Positions 42,371-53,249 of a stretch of DNA of 64,000 bases are shown piece after piece. Under the pieces are notes generated by a model, which was not told the origin of the DNA, ran no database searches, and saw only the letters and a program-made list of their open reading frames with translations. Origin of the DNA: an uncultured Nitrososphaeraceae archaeon. Its GTDB lineage: Archaea > Thermoproteota > Nitrososphaeria > Nitrososphaerales > Nitrososphaeraceae. A program made the translations under genes and the position numbers. The stretch covers positions 1 to 64,000 of the forward strand of contig CAVSMN010000013.1 of the NCBI GenBank assembly GCA_963729045.1. Direction: 5' to 3'. Numbering within the stretch: the first letter of the stretch is position 1; each line of letters begins with the position of its first letter.

Positions 42371-42451
42371 ACCTTTGATACTATAGAAAAAATATATTGG
42401 GATTGCTAACTAGAGTGCAATACTCTAATATTCTAGCAGTTTTAGAATTAG
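42371..42451 (-). promoter_or_regulatory. Conserved upstream element of Q/N repeat gene, copy 3
   Basis: Matches 426-505 apart from a 1-nt insertion. Confidence 0.75.
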
Positions 42452-42580
42452 AAATTGTTTATAAAAATATGAAATTATTCTTCAAAGCAAGTTCATTAGA
42501 GAATTGTGAATGCATTGTGTTTAAACTTAAATGAACCTTAAACTAATAAATAGGTTAAAAAACTAACTAAATATTTATTT

Positions 42581-42916
42581 ATGAACAAATTCGGATTTCA
42601 AACAGACAAATCGAATATTTCATTTGAAAGTCATTTAGTAAATTTAGGTAAAGATATAGAGATATTATTGGTCAATCTCAGAGACTTTGTTTTATCTTTA
42701 GGAGATAATGTGATTGAAGAAGTTAGACCTCATAGGATAGTCTATGCAAAGTCATTGACATTCAGGTATTTCCTAGATATTTATCCTAGGAATAATGATC
42801 TTATAATTGGGATTAGAAAGAACAGAAAGGAACCGGCAAAAGAATATGTAGTTAGTAACATCCAGGAGATTCAAAGTATTGAACCAGAAATTAAAGAGGC
42901 TTATAAAGCAATTTGA
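42581..42916 (+). CDS. Hypothetical protein, DUF5655-like
   Basis: LRDFVLSLGDNVIEEV...IVY...IKEAY pattern. Confidence 0.6.
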   Translation: MNKFGFQTDKSNISFESHLVNLGKDIEILLVNLRDFVLSLGDNVIEEVRPHRIVYAKSLTFRYFLDIYPRNNDLIIGIRKNRKEPAKEYVVSNIQEIQSIEPEIKEAYKAI

Positions 42917-43224
42917 AAATCGTTTCATTGTAAAATACTACTACATGTTCCTCAGCCAAATGCATTTGACTCCTTTTCGTAGCAGAGAAATCTTAAACAA
43001 GATATGATTTAGTTTTATGCTTTTCTTTTCAAATCAAAATATGTAGTTAGTACTATTTTAGATTTAGACAGACATAGAGTGCAACAGAGTGTATAATTGC
43101 AGATAAAGTCATCATGACAATATAGATAAAGATGCCAACCAAAATAGTACCCAGATCATTTACATCATCGCTTGGTTGCCTACTAAGAGAATAATAAAAT
43201 ACTAGAAAAGCATAGAATTAATGA

Positions 43225-43476
43225 TTGGATGCATATTTAGAAGAAGAATTGATTGATTTGTTCACATACTACTTGCAAAACCCAAACGCTTCTGATTTGG
43301 AAACAAAGAAGCAACGTGTTATGGAAATTGGAACAGAATTGTTTAATGATGGAGGGACTGATGCAATGGAAAACATGTTCTATTCGGTAGAGATGAGAAT
43401 AAAGGAGGAAATTGGAAAAGATATTAAAGAAAATAGATCTTGGTGGAATGGAGTTTCAGAAGACTGGAAATACTAA
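43225..43476 (+). CDS. Hypothetical acidic helical protein
   Basis: 83-aa ORF, EIG.EL..DGG..AM...WWNG...W; TATA-like element upstream. Confidence 0.65.
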   Translation: MDAYLEEELIDLFTYYLQNPNASDLETKKQRVMEIGTELFNDGGTDAMENMFYSVEMRIKEEIGKDIKENRSWWNGVSEDWKY

Positions 43477-43801
43477 ATATAGGTAAATTATCGAGGGATC
43501 AGATTATGAAACGATATCCGACATTAAATATAATTTTATCCAATTAGTTTGTAGTAATATAGAATTGATCTAATCAAACTCAGTTTTATTGTTTTTATAC
43601 ACAATAATACACATTCGGACTGCTTCCCCACCTTCCCTCTCCCTTCCCCTCCATCCGTTTCAAAGATATCTTATTTCATATGAACAGATTTAGAAAGCAT
43701 TTAATCTTGAAATGGTTTTAGCAAATAGAATTTGGCAAATAAAATATGATGAGAAAATGGATTTGTTATTCAGATATCACCTTTATATCTAATGAAAAAA
43801 A

Positions 43802-44821
43802 TTGAATGATGTATTGGTGAATAAATTGCCTGAAGCTTCAGATCAAAAAAGAACTATACTCAACTTATATAATTCAGGAATTGAACCAGAAATAATTTCA
43901 CTTGAATTAGATATCAATGAAGACATCATAAGAGATATTATTAAAAATGAGAATAAGAGGGAAGGAGGAAATACTAATAATAATTTATCAAATTACCTTT
44001 TGAATAAATTCTATCTTGATGCGATTATAGACATCAATTCAGTCGTAAAGGAAGCACAATTCAGGACATGGAATGCACTCAAAGCAAAACCTGAACTAAA
44101 TATCATAGTAAAAGAAACTCAGAATATTTTGGAACAGAACGCCGAATCTAAATTGAGATTAGTAATGCTGCATATTGACCTAGTTGGTTCTACGAAAATG
44201 GCCTTAACCATACCTATAGATCGATTGACCACCATAATCAGATCATTTGCTCAGGAAATGACAAACATAATATCATTGTACGGCGGTTATGTTTTAAAAT
44301 ATATCGGAGATGCAGTTTTGGCTTTTTTCGTTATAGAAGATACTACTAGTGAAGAACAATACATGAACAAAGTGAAAAATTCGGGAGAGGAATCAGAAAC
44401 CAACAATGGTTTCTCCTCCCTCCAATTCAGTAATGGGATTAGTTGTGCTTTGACCATGATCAGAGTTATTAAAGAAGGGATCAACCCGATTTTAAATCAA
44501 TATGACTATCCCGAGCTGAAAGTAAGGGTAGGAATTGATTTTGGGGAAGTTGCTGTTGTGCAATATGGAATTGATATTTACGAATTTGAAAAAACAATGC
44601 TAAAAACTCCTCATTTGGACCTTATAGGATACACCATAAGTGTGGCAGTTAAGATGACGTCACTTGCGGAGGCTGACCACATTGTAATTGGTCAAAAATT
44701 ATATGATCAATTAGATATCAAAGATAAAGACTCATTTAGACAATTGAAGACTAATACTGAAATTTGGAATTACGCCAATCATACTGATGGCGAGCTTTAT
44801 AACATCTTTACCAATAATTAG
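43802..44821 (+). CDS. Class III adenylate/guanylate cyclase with N-terminal HTH-like segment
   Basis: HIDLVGST, LKYIGDAVLAFF, RVGIDFG, DLIGYTIS. Confidence 0.9.
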   Translation: MNDVLVNKLPEASDQKRTILNLYNSGIEPEIISLELDINEDIIRDIIKNENKREGGNTNNNLSNYLLNKFYLDAIIDINSVVKEAQFRTWNALKAKPELNIIVKETQNILEQNAESKLRLVMLHIDLVGSTKMALTIPIDRLTTIIRSFAQEMTNIISLYGGYVLKYIGDAVLAFFVIEDTTSEEQYMNKVKNSGEESETNNGFSSLQFSNGISCALTMIRVIKEGINPILNQYDYPELKVRVGIDFGEVAVVQYGIDIYEFEKTMLKTPHLDLIGYTISVAVKMTSLAEADHIVIGQKLYDQLDIKDKDSFRQLKTNTEIWNYANHTDGELYNIFTNN

Positions 44822-45133
44822 TTAAATATCTAGTCATTTGATTTGGTAATCCCAAGTACGGTCCAACTTTTTTTGATTATTATCTAATTACACACACGGT
44901 CTTTTGTTTTACGTCTACTAGACTAGGTCAATATTTTCTTGAAGATCAGTGGTATTAGATAACCAAAACAAAATCACTTTAGATTCTAAACAAAATCACG
45001 AAAAGGTAGGAATAAGAGGTATTGTCTGAATAATTGTAAATAATGAATTTTGACTGCCTGTTGTTAAAAAATCTTTATTATCTTTGAAAAATTTGAACAA
45101 AGTTAGAGTAATAGTAAAAAAAGAGGAGGAAGT

Positions 45134-45406
45134 TTATTGTTGACCTAAGGCTAAGTTACCTTCGTTGTTTTGGAACAGGAAGCCTAAGTTGTTGCATGAT
45201 GCTAAGGTGAATTCACCGGATACACACTGTGCATTCTGTTCGTTCTCTTGGTCTTGTTCAATTGCCTGTTCTGCGTCATTAGATTTTTTGTGTTTTCCGC
45301 CTGCATATGCCATGTTGTCTCCAAATGCTACTACTGAACCAATTAGAGCAGCTGCGATAAACATTGCAAAAAGTCCAACTTTATAGTTTTTTGTTATGTT
45401 ACTCAT
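45134..45406 (-). CDS. Secreted single-repeat C-x9-C protein, acidic variant
   Basis: Signal peptide ending AYA; NDAEQAIEQDQENEQNAQCVSGEFTLASCNN...GNLALGQQ. Confidence 0.88.
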   Translation of the reverse strand: MSNITKNYKVGLFAMFIAAALIGSVVAFGDNMAYAGGKHKKSNDAEQAIEQDQENEQNAQCVSGEFTLASCNNLGFLFQNNEGNLALGQQ

Positions 45407-45772
45407 TATTATCTAAATCTATACCTGAATTTTGATATATCATGGTTTTGATACTAATTTCTGTATTATTTTTATGTATATATTTGCTCTTACTTTGTAA
45501 TGAAAATTGATTTCGATATTATTTATTATATTGTTACTATTGTAGATAATTAGGTAAGATGATACTGTACAAAAATAGAAATTAATATCCTATCTTACTT
45601 GTGCTGTGAATCGTTCAACTGTAAGACAAATTTGGGGATTAAGGAAGGTATCAAAATTTACATCTTTTTGTTTTTTAATTGAAATCTTTATGAATTATTA
45701 AGTGAATTTTGTTTCACTCCAAATGGCTTTCAAGTTTTTAAATGAGAACTCTAATATTGCTAATGAAGAGAT

Positions 45773-46231
45773 TTGACAGAAATGAATCCTCAAGAAGTCA
45801 TGAACTTCTTAAATCTTGGCACAATGACCGCTAAAGTTTCAACAGCATCTTTAGATGGTATACCTCACGTTGCTCCAGTTTGGTTTGTAGTTGATTATGA
45901 TCCTCGTAGTAGCAGTAATAAAGATTTTACAGTTATTTTTACAACTTTTTATAATTCAGTAAAGGCAAGACATTTGATATCTAATCCTAAAATATGTCTC
46001 AGTGTAGATGATCAAAAACCTCCATTTTCTTTCATAATACTAAATGGAATCGCAGAAATAGATCAAAATCCTAACTATGATGAACTTTTACGTCTAACCA
46101 GTCGATTAGCTGAACGATATATGGGAAAAGAGAATGCCGAAAAATACGGTAAGAGAAACGCCGTCAAAGGGGAATGCATCATAAGAATAAAACCTAGCAA
46201 AATTATTGCTCAAAAGAATGTTTCCGAATAG
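45773..46231 (+). CDS. PPOX-class (probable F420-dependent) oxidoreductase
   Basis: STASLDGIPHVAPVWF, SVKARHL..NPK, VDDQKPPFSF, YGKRN. Confidence 0.88.
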   Translation: MTEMNPQEVMNFLNLGTMTAKVSTASLDGIPHVAPVWFVVDYDPRSSSNKDFTVIFTTFYNSVKARHLISNPKICLSVDDQKPPFSFIILNGIAEIDQNPNYDELLRLTSRLAERYMGKENAEKYGKRNAVKGECIIRIKPSKIIAQKNVSE

Positions 46232-46467
46232 AAAGGCGTTATTTGCTTTTTTTTCTCTCAATCTTGATAAATAACCTTTATTTACATTGTTCTCGGAAAT
46301 TTGTCTCAAAGTGTATGTTTAGTAGACTCTAACAGAATATCCATTTTGAATGTCAGAAACAAAAGCATATCGGCCTCGGTAGACTCAAATATACTACTAT
46401 CTTGTCGATATTTTCGAATTTTATAAATGGGTACAACTATTTAAATCATGATGAACTAAAATCATTA

Positions 46468-46943
46468 ATGAAATATCTATCATTATTGCTACTTTCTGTA
46501 TTGTTTATACCGATAGTTCAGGTGGCACATGCACAAAATATCGTAGAGGAAATTGGTCAAGCCTTTAACAATTTGACTTCAGGAATGATGGGTGGAAACC
46601 AAACAGCAGGCAATGCTTCAAGCGCTGGTTCAGGTAACGAAACAGCAGGCAATGCTTCAAGCGCTGGTTCAGGTAACGAAACAGCAGGCAATGCTTCAAG
46701 CGCTGGTTCAGGTAACGAAACAGCAGGCAATGCTTCAAGCGCTGGTTCAGGTAACGAAACACAACAGATGTCGGATCCATTCAAGAATTACAGAACTTAA
46801 CATCTGGAAATCAAGAAATCTTGACTAATAATACATCCTTAGCAGGCGGTAATACTTCATTAGGACAAGGAATGGAACAGGAACAGTATGTAGAGCCTGA
46901 AAATCAAAGCAATGCTTTATCATCTGCAAACAGCACACAGTGA
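46468..46943 (+). CDS. Secreted low-complexity sequon-rich protein (frameshift ~46778)
   Basis: MKYLSLLLL...AHA signal; (ETAGNASSAGSGN)x4; second frame IQELQNLTSGNQ...ANSTQ-TGA. Confidence 0.8.
46601..46756 (+). repeat. Perfect 39-bp tandem repeat x4
   Basis: AAACAGCAGGCAATGCTTCAAGCGCTGGTTCAGGTAACG. Confidence 0.97.
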
Positions 46944-47444
46944 GAGATTTCAATCCTCTCCAGTAAATTAGAACTCTAACTATTTTTTAGCCTCGATTTT
47001 TCATTTATTAAAAGTATTTAGTCATGTTATATCTAAACATTTTTACTTGCTAATTTCTAGAAAACATTAAAATAACAATTATTCGAGAACAATTGTTTTT
47101 TAATCCTGATATGGTTTTACGATTCAATAATATTTTCAACCTTGCTTTGTCCATATTCATCACAAATCAGTTTTCTAACGCTGACATCCGATTTGATTTA
47201 GCAGTGATCTATATCCTGTTTATAAACCTCTCTTAATTATTCTCTACAGATGTAATTAGGGTAAATTGAGTTAATAAGTTAATAGTCTTGGTCATGTCAT
47301 TGTCTTATTGACTCATGCTTTTAACAATCTTTTAATATTGAACCTTAGACAATAACGTTATTCAAGTATAAATACTAGATATTTTTTGAACAGAATGCGA
47401 TTATTATTCCAATCATTTATATAAATATTGTTGACTTAGATATC

Positions 47445-47892
47445 ATGATGGAATCGTTTTTGAAAATAATTGTTCCAGTTATCATATCCCTAAGCTTGAT
47501 GATGATTTTAAGTACAGCAAGCTATAGTGGTTATGGTCAACCGGTAGCAAATACCACTACTACTATTGCTAATACCACTGCTCCTGACATTAGTAACCAA
47601 ACCAACCAGAATGTAAGCCAACTTGTCCAACCAAGCAGACATCGACCAAGCAGAACCACAAATACAATCACAGGCAAATCAAACTAATTCTACATCCGCC
47701 GCCGATTCTTCAGATTTACTGATGAAAGAAAGATTATTAAATTACACGAATGACGCTATTTTGGCATTGAATGACGACAATGAAACTGCCATACAACAAA
47801 ACTTGGTTCAAATTCAAAATACTTTGATTAAAGCGATTGGTAAACCAGTAGTAATTGTTCCGGCTCCTGCACTCAATCTAGATTCTGATTAG
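47445..47892 (+). CDS. Secreted T/N/Q-rich hypothetical protein (frameshift ~47625)
   Basis: Signal peptide in ORF 47445; overlapping ORF 47623 continues the same composition. Confidence 0.7.
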
Positions 47893-48038
47893 AAATCCGT
47901 TCAACCTTTATTATTTTTGAATTTGAATTATTTGAAAATATGAACCAATTAATCAATCAAGTACCCAACCAGTCACTTGGGTAAAATTTCGTAATTCTGG
48001 AAAGATTAATTTATCCGAGATGTGATATATCTGTATAG

Positions 48039-48449
48039 TTGCTAACAGAATCCACCATAGATAACAAACATTCTATCATATTAGTAGAGGATGATATTGA
48101 TGTCTCTAATATTTTAGCAGGTCATTTCACTTTGGCCAAGTTTAAGGTATACAAGACCGCTAGTGCAACAGAATGTCTAGATAAGCTGAAGGAATTGAAT
48201 AACAGGGTGGATATGATATTAATAAATGGCACGATTGCTGCTGATAGAGGTCCCATGTTAATCGTAAATATACGAAAATTGACTCTTGATGTAAAGATAT
48301 TTGCACTTGCTGAAAACGAAAACACAAAGACCAGAGTCTTAGATTACGGTGCAGATGAGTTTGCGGTAAAACCAATCAGTCCAACTACTGTCGTAGAAAA
48401 GATAAGTATGTTATTGATGAAGAAGCCTATCGAATCTCAGATCAAATAA
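48039..48449 (+). CDS. Atypical receiver domain (Asn at the phospho-acceptor position)
   Basis: LVEDD, VDMILING, GADEFAVKP. Confidence 0.85.
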   Translation: MLTESTIDNKHSIILVEDDIDVSNILAGHFTLAKFKVYKTASATECLDKLKELNNRVDMILINGTIAADRGPMLIVNIRKLTLDVKIFALAENENTKTRVLDYGADEFAVKPISPTTVVEKISMLLMKKPIESQIK

Positions 48450-48501
48450 ATAAATGTTTATTTGATATCATTAAACCTCATATTACCTTTCGTAAATATC
48501 C

Positions 48502-50286
48502 TTGTTTAGGGGTGTATTCAAACAATTGAATGACGTATCTTCAGATCCAAATAAATATCTAGACATCTGTAGAATTACCTCTAAATACATCTTTTTTTGT
48601 GGACCATATTCATCATTTTCAAAATCGCTTGGAATCAGTAATGATTCTTTCTTCAAATTATTATCGGATCTTAAGGAAGACCAGATTGAAATCAAGATTT
48701 TAACAGAAGTCAGTCTATCTAATGAACACAAGATAAAAGAACTATTATCAGTTGCAGATATACGACATGTTGACGAGTTGAATCTAAAATTTATGGTTAA
48801 TGAGTCAGCCTGTGTATTTCTTCCCAAAACTGATAATGGGAATAATATTATGAGTGACTTGAATTATATTACTAATATAAATAACGAAATGATAGCACAA
48901 TATAGATTAATATTTGAACAGTTATGGCAATTTGGAATAGATGCAACAAAGAAAATACATCTTCTAGAAACTGAATTTGATGTGGCTTCTGTTATACGTG
49001 AAGTTGACAAGAATGGTATAAACCAATTTGTTGAAAAATTAATAAGTACATCAAAACATGAAGTCTTGTTTTATACTTCTACCTTATGGGGGAGCAATAA
49101 TTTCATATCAAAAGATCTATTTGGGCTCTTAAAAAATATGGTTTTGAAAAATAAGATAAAAGTCAAATTTATCATTCCATCTCTTATAATACTAAAGTCA
49201 AATAATTTGAAACACATAATTTTGGAATTAGGCATAATGGAACAACAAGAGGAGTCACATTTCTTGTTTAGGGCTTTACCAAAAGGCGATGATATTGAAC
49301 TTGAATCTTTGATCCTGATCGTAGATAATTATCATCTACTTATTGTAAATCCTCATCTAAATGACGAACATCCATCAAACGATGATAATCATAAAGGTGA
49401 TTATTCTTATTTTTACACCACTCAATTAGACTCTATCAATAAATACAAATTGTTGTTTGATGTGCAATGGGGTAGAGCAGAATTAGCAGAGAGACTGTAC
49501 ATTCAAGACATAATGCAAAGAAACTTGATTGATACCATAGCTCATGAATTACGAACTCCTACACAAGCAATTTTAGGATATTCGGAAATGGCAACGATAG
49601 ATATTAATAACAATGAGGCAGGTCAATATTACAAACATTATTTTGATTCTATCATACGAAACGCCAATAGATTAAACTCTATCGTAATTAACATACTAAA
49701 TGTTGCTAAAATAGACAATACCACTTTCAATTTGAATAAAGAAGAAACCAACATTTATGAAATAGTTTCTGAAGCAGTGAACGATTATAGGTACGTATCT
49801 AAAACAGACGACAATCTAAAAAATAAGAATATTCAATTCGAGGTGGCTGAAAGTTCTGTGAAATCGGTAAGGGCCAATGTAGATAGAATTCGAATTTATG
49901 AAGTGTTGACAAATCTGTTTAATAATTCGGTGGAATTCATTCAATCCATTGGTACAGTTACAGTACAAGTTACAGTTGTAGATAGGCATTACCTAGACAA
50001 AATAAACCAAGTAAAAAGTCATGATTACGAAAGTTTAAACAAACATGATCACAAACACGATACTGACAATTTCATTCTGATCCAAATAAAGGATGATGGA
50101 AAAGGAATAGATAAATATGTTCTCTCAAAACTATTTAACAAATTTGTCTCTACAGTCGATAATCATATAGGTTTAGGACTGTATGTTTCAAAATATATTA
50201 TAGAATCCCACGGTGGCAGAATTTGGGCCCAGAATAATACTGATAGACAAGGATCAACTTTTTCATTTATACTTCCTCTCGCATGA
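48502..50286 (+). CDS. Cytoplasmic sensor histidine kinase
   Basis: No TM; AHELRTP, NLFNNS, DDGKGI, GLGL, HGGRIW. Confidence 0.9.
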   Translation: MFRGVFKQLNDVSSDPNKYLDICRITSKYIFFCGPYSSFSKSLGISNDSFFKLLSDLKEDQIEIKILTEVSLSNEHKIKELLSVADIRHVDELNLKFMVNESACVFLPKTDNGNNIMSDLNYITNINNEMIAQYRLIFEQLWQFGIDATKKIHLLETEFDVASVIREVDKNGINQFVEKLISTSKHEVLFYTSTLWGSNNFISKDLFGLLKNMVLKNKIKVKFIIPSLIILKSNNLKHIILELGIMEQQEESHFLFRALPKGDDIELESLILIVDNYHLLIVNPHLNDEHPSNDDNHKGDYSYFYTTQLDSINKYKLLFDVQWGRAELAERLYIQDIMQRNLIDTIAHELRTPTQAILGYSEMATIDINNNEAGQYYKHYFDSIIRNANRLNSIVINILNVAKIDNTTFNLNKEETNIYEIVSEAVNDYRYVSKTDDNLKNKNIQFEVAESSVKSVRANVDRIRIYEVLTNLFNNSVEFIQSIGTVTVQVTVVDRHYLDKINQVKSHDYESLNKHDHKHDTDNFILIQIKDDGKGIDKYVLSKLFNKFVSTVDNHIGLGLYVSKYIIESHGGRIWAQNNTDRQGSTFSFILPLA

Positions 50287-50489
50287 GTTAGCATTCGAAA
50301 TAGAGAAGCGTATTCACGATTAGTATCATTTTGCATGAGCCTCCGTTTAAAGAATTTGATTTCCGGGTGCTTTTTTTATGGGCTGTCTCTAGAGAGCAAA
50401 CAAACATGTTAATGGACTGGTCGAATTTTGAATTTATCATATGTGTTTTCTAACTTAAATATGCTGTAATTGTTATAACTTTTTAACAC

Positions 50490-52184
50490 ATGAATAATGA
50501 TATCCTGTATTCGATTAACTATCATGAAATGACAAAGCATTCTGAATTTAGTGTTATGAATTCAAATTACTATCTGGATTGGAGTAATCGGCCTAAACCA
50601 TTTAAGGTGTATAAAGAATTATCTTCTTTCCCTCTTCCAATAGATTTTCCTCATCCTACCTTGAATGCTATGACCGCAATAAGTAATTTATCAAGCGACA
50701 ATGAATCATTTAATAACAGGACCCAATTTGCTTCTCCATTATCCTCTTCAAAGGATGTTTCTAAAATTATTACATTATCTGATCTATCTTCCCTGTTGTT
50801 TTATTCTTGTGGTATAACACGCGTGATGCGTTTTAATTCTGTTGATTATTATATGCGTGCTGCTTCTGCAACAGGAGCCCTCTATCCAATAGAAACCTAC
50901 GTGGTTACTAAAGGTCTTGGTTCTGAATTGCATGCAGGGGTGTATCATTTTAATCCAGGTGAATTTAGTTTGACTGCTATTCATAAAGGTGATTATAGAA
51001 ACTTTCTGGAAACTATTGCTGGTAACAATACCGATATTACAACATCTCCTGTTTCCTTAATATTTACATCTTATGCATGGAGAAATGCATGGAAGTATCA
51101 ATCACGATCTTATAGACATTGGTTTTGGGACGCTGGGGTTATAGTTTCTAACCTACTGGCCGTCTCAAGTTCTATGCATCTTTATACCAGATTAATTATG
51201 GGGTTTCTGGACGACCAATCTAACAGATTGCTGGGACTAGAAGATCATAAAGAGGCTTCCATATTGATTGCAGCCATTGATGCAGACTCTTTGAAAAACA
51301 ATGTTAACCAAGAGCAATCAATGCAAGAAAAGATTCTAAATTCACCTACTCCAAAGGTTTATCCCCTTTCGTTAGAAGAAATTGACTATCCTGAAATTTG
51401 GAAAGCTTACAACAGTTCTAAATTATTCGATAATGCTCAGGTCTCCCAATGGATTAATCACAAGAGGATTGGAGAAGTTGACGAACTAGATAAAAAAGAT
51501 AATTCTAATACGGGTACTTTAAGACAATATTCCTTGCCCAAGCCTTGTGTGGATGACAACGGCCCTGATATTGGAAACACCATTTTGAAGAGAGGTTCTA
51601 CGAGACAATTTTCAAGGCTACCCATCTCCTTTTTGACTTTATCTAATATTCTTTTAAATTCAACAAGAGGAATTCCAATGGATTACAAAAGTGATTCAGA
51701 TAGTCTAATTGATTTATTTCTTGTAGTTAATTCAGTTGATGGGCTTGAAAAGGGTGGGTATTTTTTTAATCAGAGGAATAATTCTATAGACTTGTTAAAG
51801 TATAGACCAGGTCATAATATCTCCGGTCATCTTTGCTTAGATCAATCTCTTTTTGCAGACGCAAGCGTTGTGATATTCATAATGACTGATCTAAAACATA
51901 TACTTGATATGTTGGGTAATCGGGGCTACAGAGCAGTACAGATGGAAGCAGGGATCACTGCAGGAAAAATTTATCTTTTATCTTATGCCAGTGGCTTGGG
52001 AGCATCAGGTTCCACTTTTTATGATAATGAAGTGATCGAATTTTTCTCTCCTCATGCTAAACAAAAGGAAACATTGATTGCTATCGGAGTCGGAATTCCA
52101 TCATACCAATCGAAACCGGGTAGAGTACTACCAGTCAGACTAACACGCGAACAAATGATAGATGCATCTAGTACGGCTAGTTGA
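50490..52184 (+). CDS. SagB/ThcOx-family dehydrogenase with two nitroreductase domains
   Basis: YHEMTKH, LDWSNRP.PFK.Y, RAASATGALYP, KRGSTRQF, RGYRAVQMEAG. Confidence 0.9.
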   Translation: MNNDILYSINYHEMTKHSEFSVMNSNYYLDWSNRPKPFKVYKELSSFPLPIDFPHPTLNAMTAISNLSSDNESFNNRTQFASPLSSSKDVSKIITLSDLSSLLFYSCGITRVMRFNSVDYYMRAASATGALYPIETYVVTKGLGSELHAGVYHFNPGEFSLTAIHKGDYRNFLETIAGNNTDITTSPVSLIFTSYAWRNAWKYQSRSYRHWFWDAGVIVSNLLAVSSSMHLYTRLIMGFLDDQSNRLLGLEDHKEASILIAAIDADSLKNNVNQEQSMQEKILNSPTPKVYPLSLEEIDYPEIWKAYNSSKLFDNAQVSQWINHKRIGEVDELDKKDNSNTGTLRQYSLPKPCVDDNGPDIGNTILKRGSTRQFSRLPISFLTLSNILLNSTRGIPMDYKSDSDSLIDLFLVVNSVDGLEKGGYFFNQRNNSIDLLKYRPGHNISGHLCLDQSLFADASVVIFIMTDLKHILDMLGNRGYRAVQMEAGITAGKIYLLSYASGLGASGSTFYDNEVIEFFSPHAKQKETLIAIGVGIPSYQSKPGRVLPVRLTREQMIDASSTAS

Positions 52185-52402
52185 TTTAACTGATCCTTTA
52201 TGTCATCCACCACCTCCATATTCTGTTATGGTCCTATGATGTGATTGTTGATTTGAACTCCGGATTCAATAGATTAATGTCCTTCAAAAATGAAAAAAGA
52301 CTATTTTTCCCTTAATTTTAAAACTATCAAAAAGAATCTCACTAGATTAGAAATGTCGCATTGTGGTGATATCTATTTAAAGCTTAATAAATATGAATAG
52401 AT

Positions 52403-52693
52403 ATGAGCGAACTTTCTAATAATAGTGGAAACGAGAATGTAAATAACAATTCTGACCGATCAAAGAACTCATCTAAAGAGCACATTTCAGAATGGTCTGA
52501 ATTAATTTCAAGAATCATAGACAAATTGACCGGCAAGGATTTGCAAGTTACTTACTCTTTTGATAATTTGGAAATCGAGATCCCAAAAGCTTACGGTCCT
52601 GATGGTCGAGAACTAGGGGGTGCAAAGTGGAAGGTGGATGGTAAAATAACTATATCAACGGAACTAATTAACGACGAGAAAAATAGCCTCTAA
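52403..52693 (+). CDS. Hypothetical protein
   Basis: 96-aa ORF, ATG ~25 nt after TTTAAA box. Confidence 0.65.
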   Translation: MSELSNNSGNENVNNNSDRSKNSSKEHISEWSELISRIIDKLTGKDLQVTYSFDNLEIEIPKAYGPDGRELGGAKWKVDGKITISTELINDEKNSL

Positions 52694-53249
52694 TGGCTAC
52701 TAATGTGAGTCACTGTTGTCCATAATCGATAACTAAATTTTTTTCATATTGTTAATACTCTTTTTCAATATTTTACCATCAAATCTAATCAGATCGGGTT
52801 GAATGAAATGATTGAAGCTTTTATTACTAAATACGAAGGACTAAAATGATGATGCAAAATTTCATATATTCTTGATAAGGTTATGATATATGATGATCCT
52901 AATGCCTATGGATATTCTAATATTATATTTCCTAAAGATAAGAATGTAGTATTATGGATACGAAGATGTTTAGGCCGTTTCTAAAAAAACTGATTATAGG
53001 GACTATTTAAAAGATCAACTAGTTTTATTATCGAATGGCCGTATGGTACAGTAAATACGAACCAATTCGATGGATTGTATGAATGCATTATGCAATTATA
53101 ATATATCAGAAAAATTTTATGTAGTTCTAATAATTGTTTTAGAATCAATGAGCATATAGTTACCACCGGGAATGTTTTTAGACTGGCCTTAAATGAATTT
53201 TAATCTCAGCAACAAATTTAAACAATAGGGAAAAATATTTGCTATACTA

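Noticed and set aside
46601..46756. 39-bp repeats as a CRISPR array
   Set aside because: Units are contiguous with no spacers, in frame within a signal-peptide ORF, and no cas genes are present
50490..52693. SagB-like gene as a RiPP (azole) biosynthesis cluster modifying Cys/Ser-rich peptides
   Set aside because: No YcaO, E1-like protein, transporter or plausible precursor is adjacent; the Cys/Ser repeat proteins have Sec-type signal peptides and paired Cys
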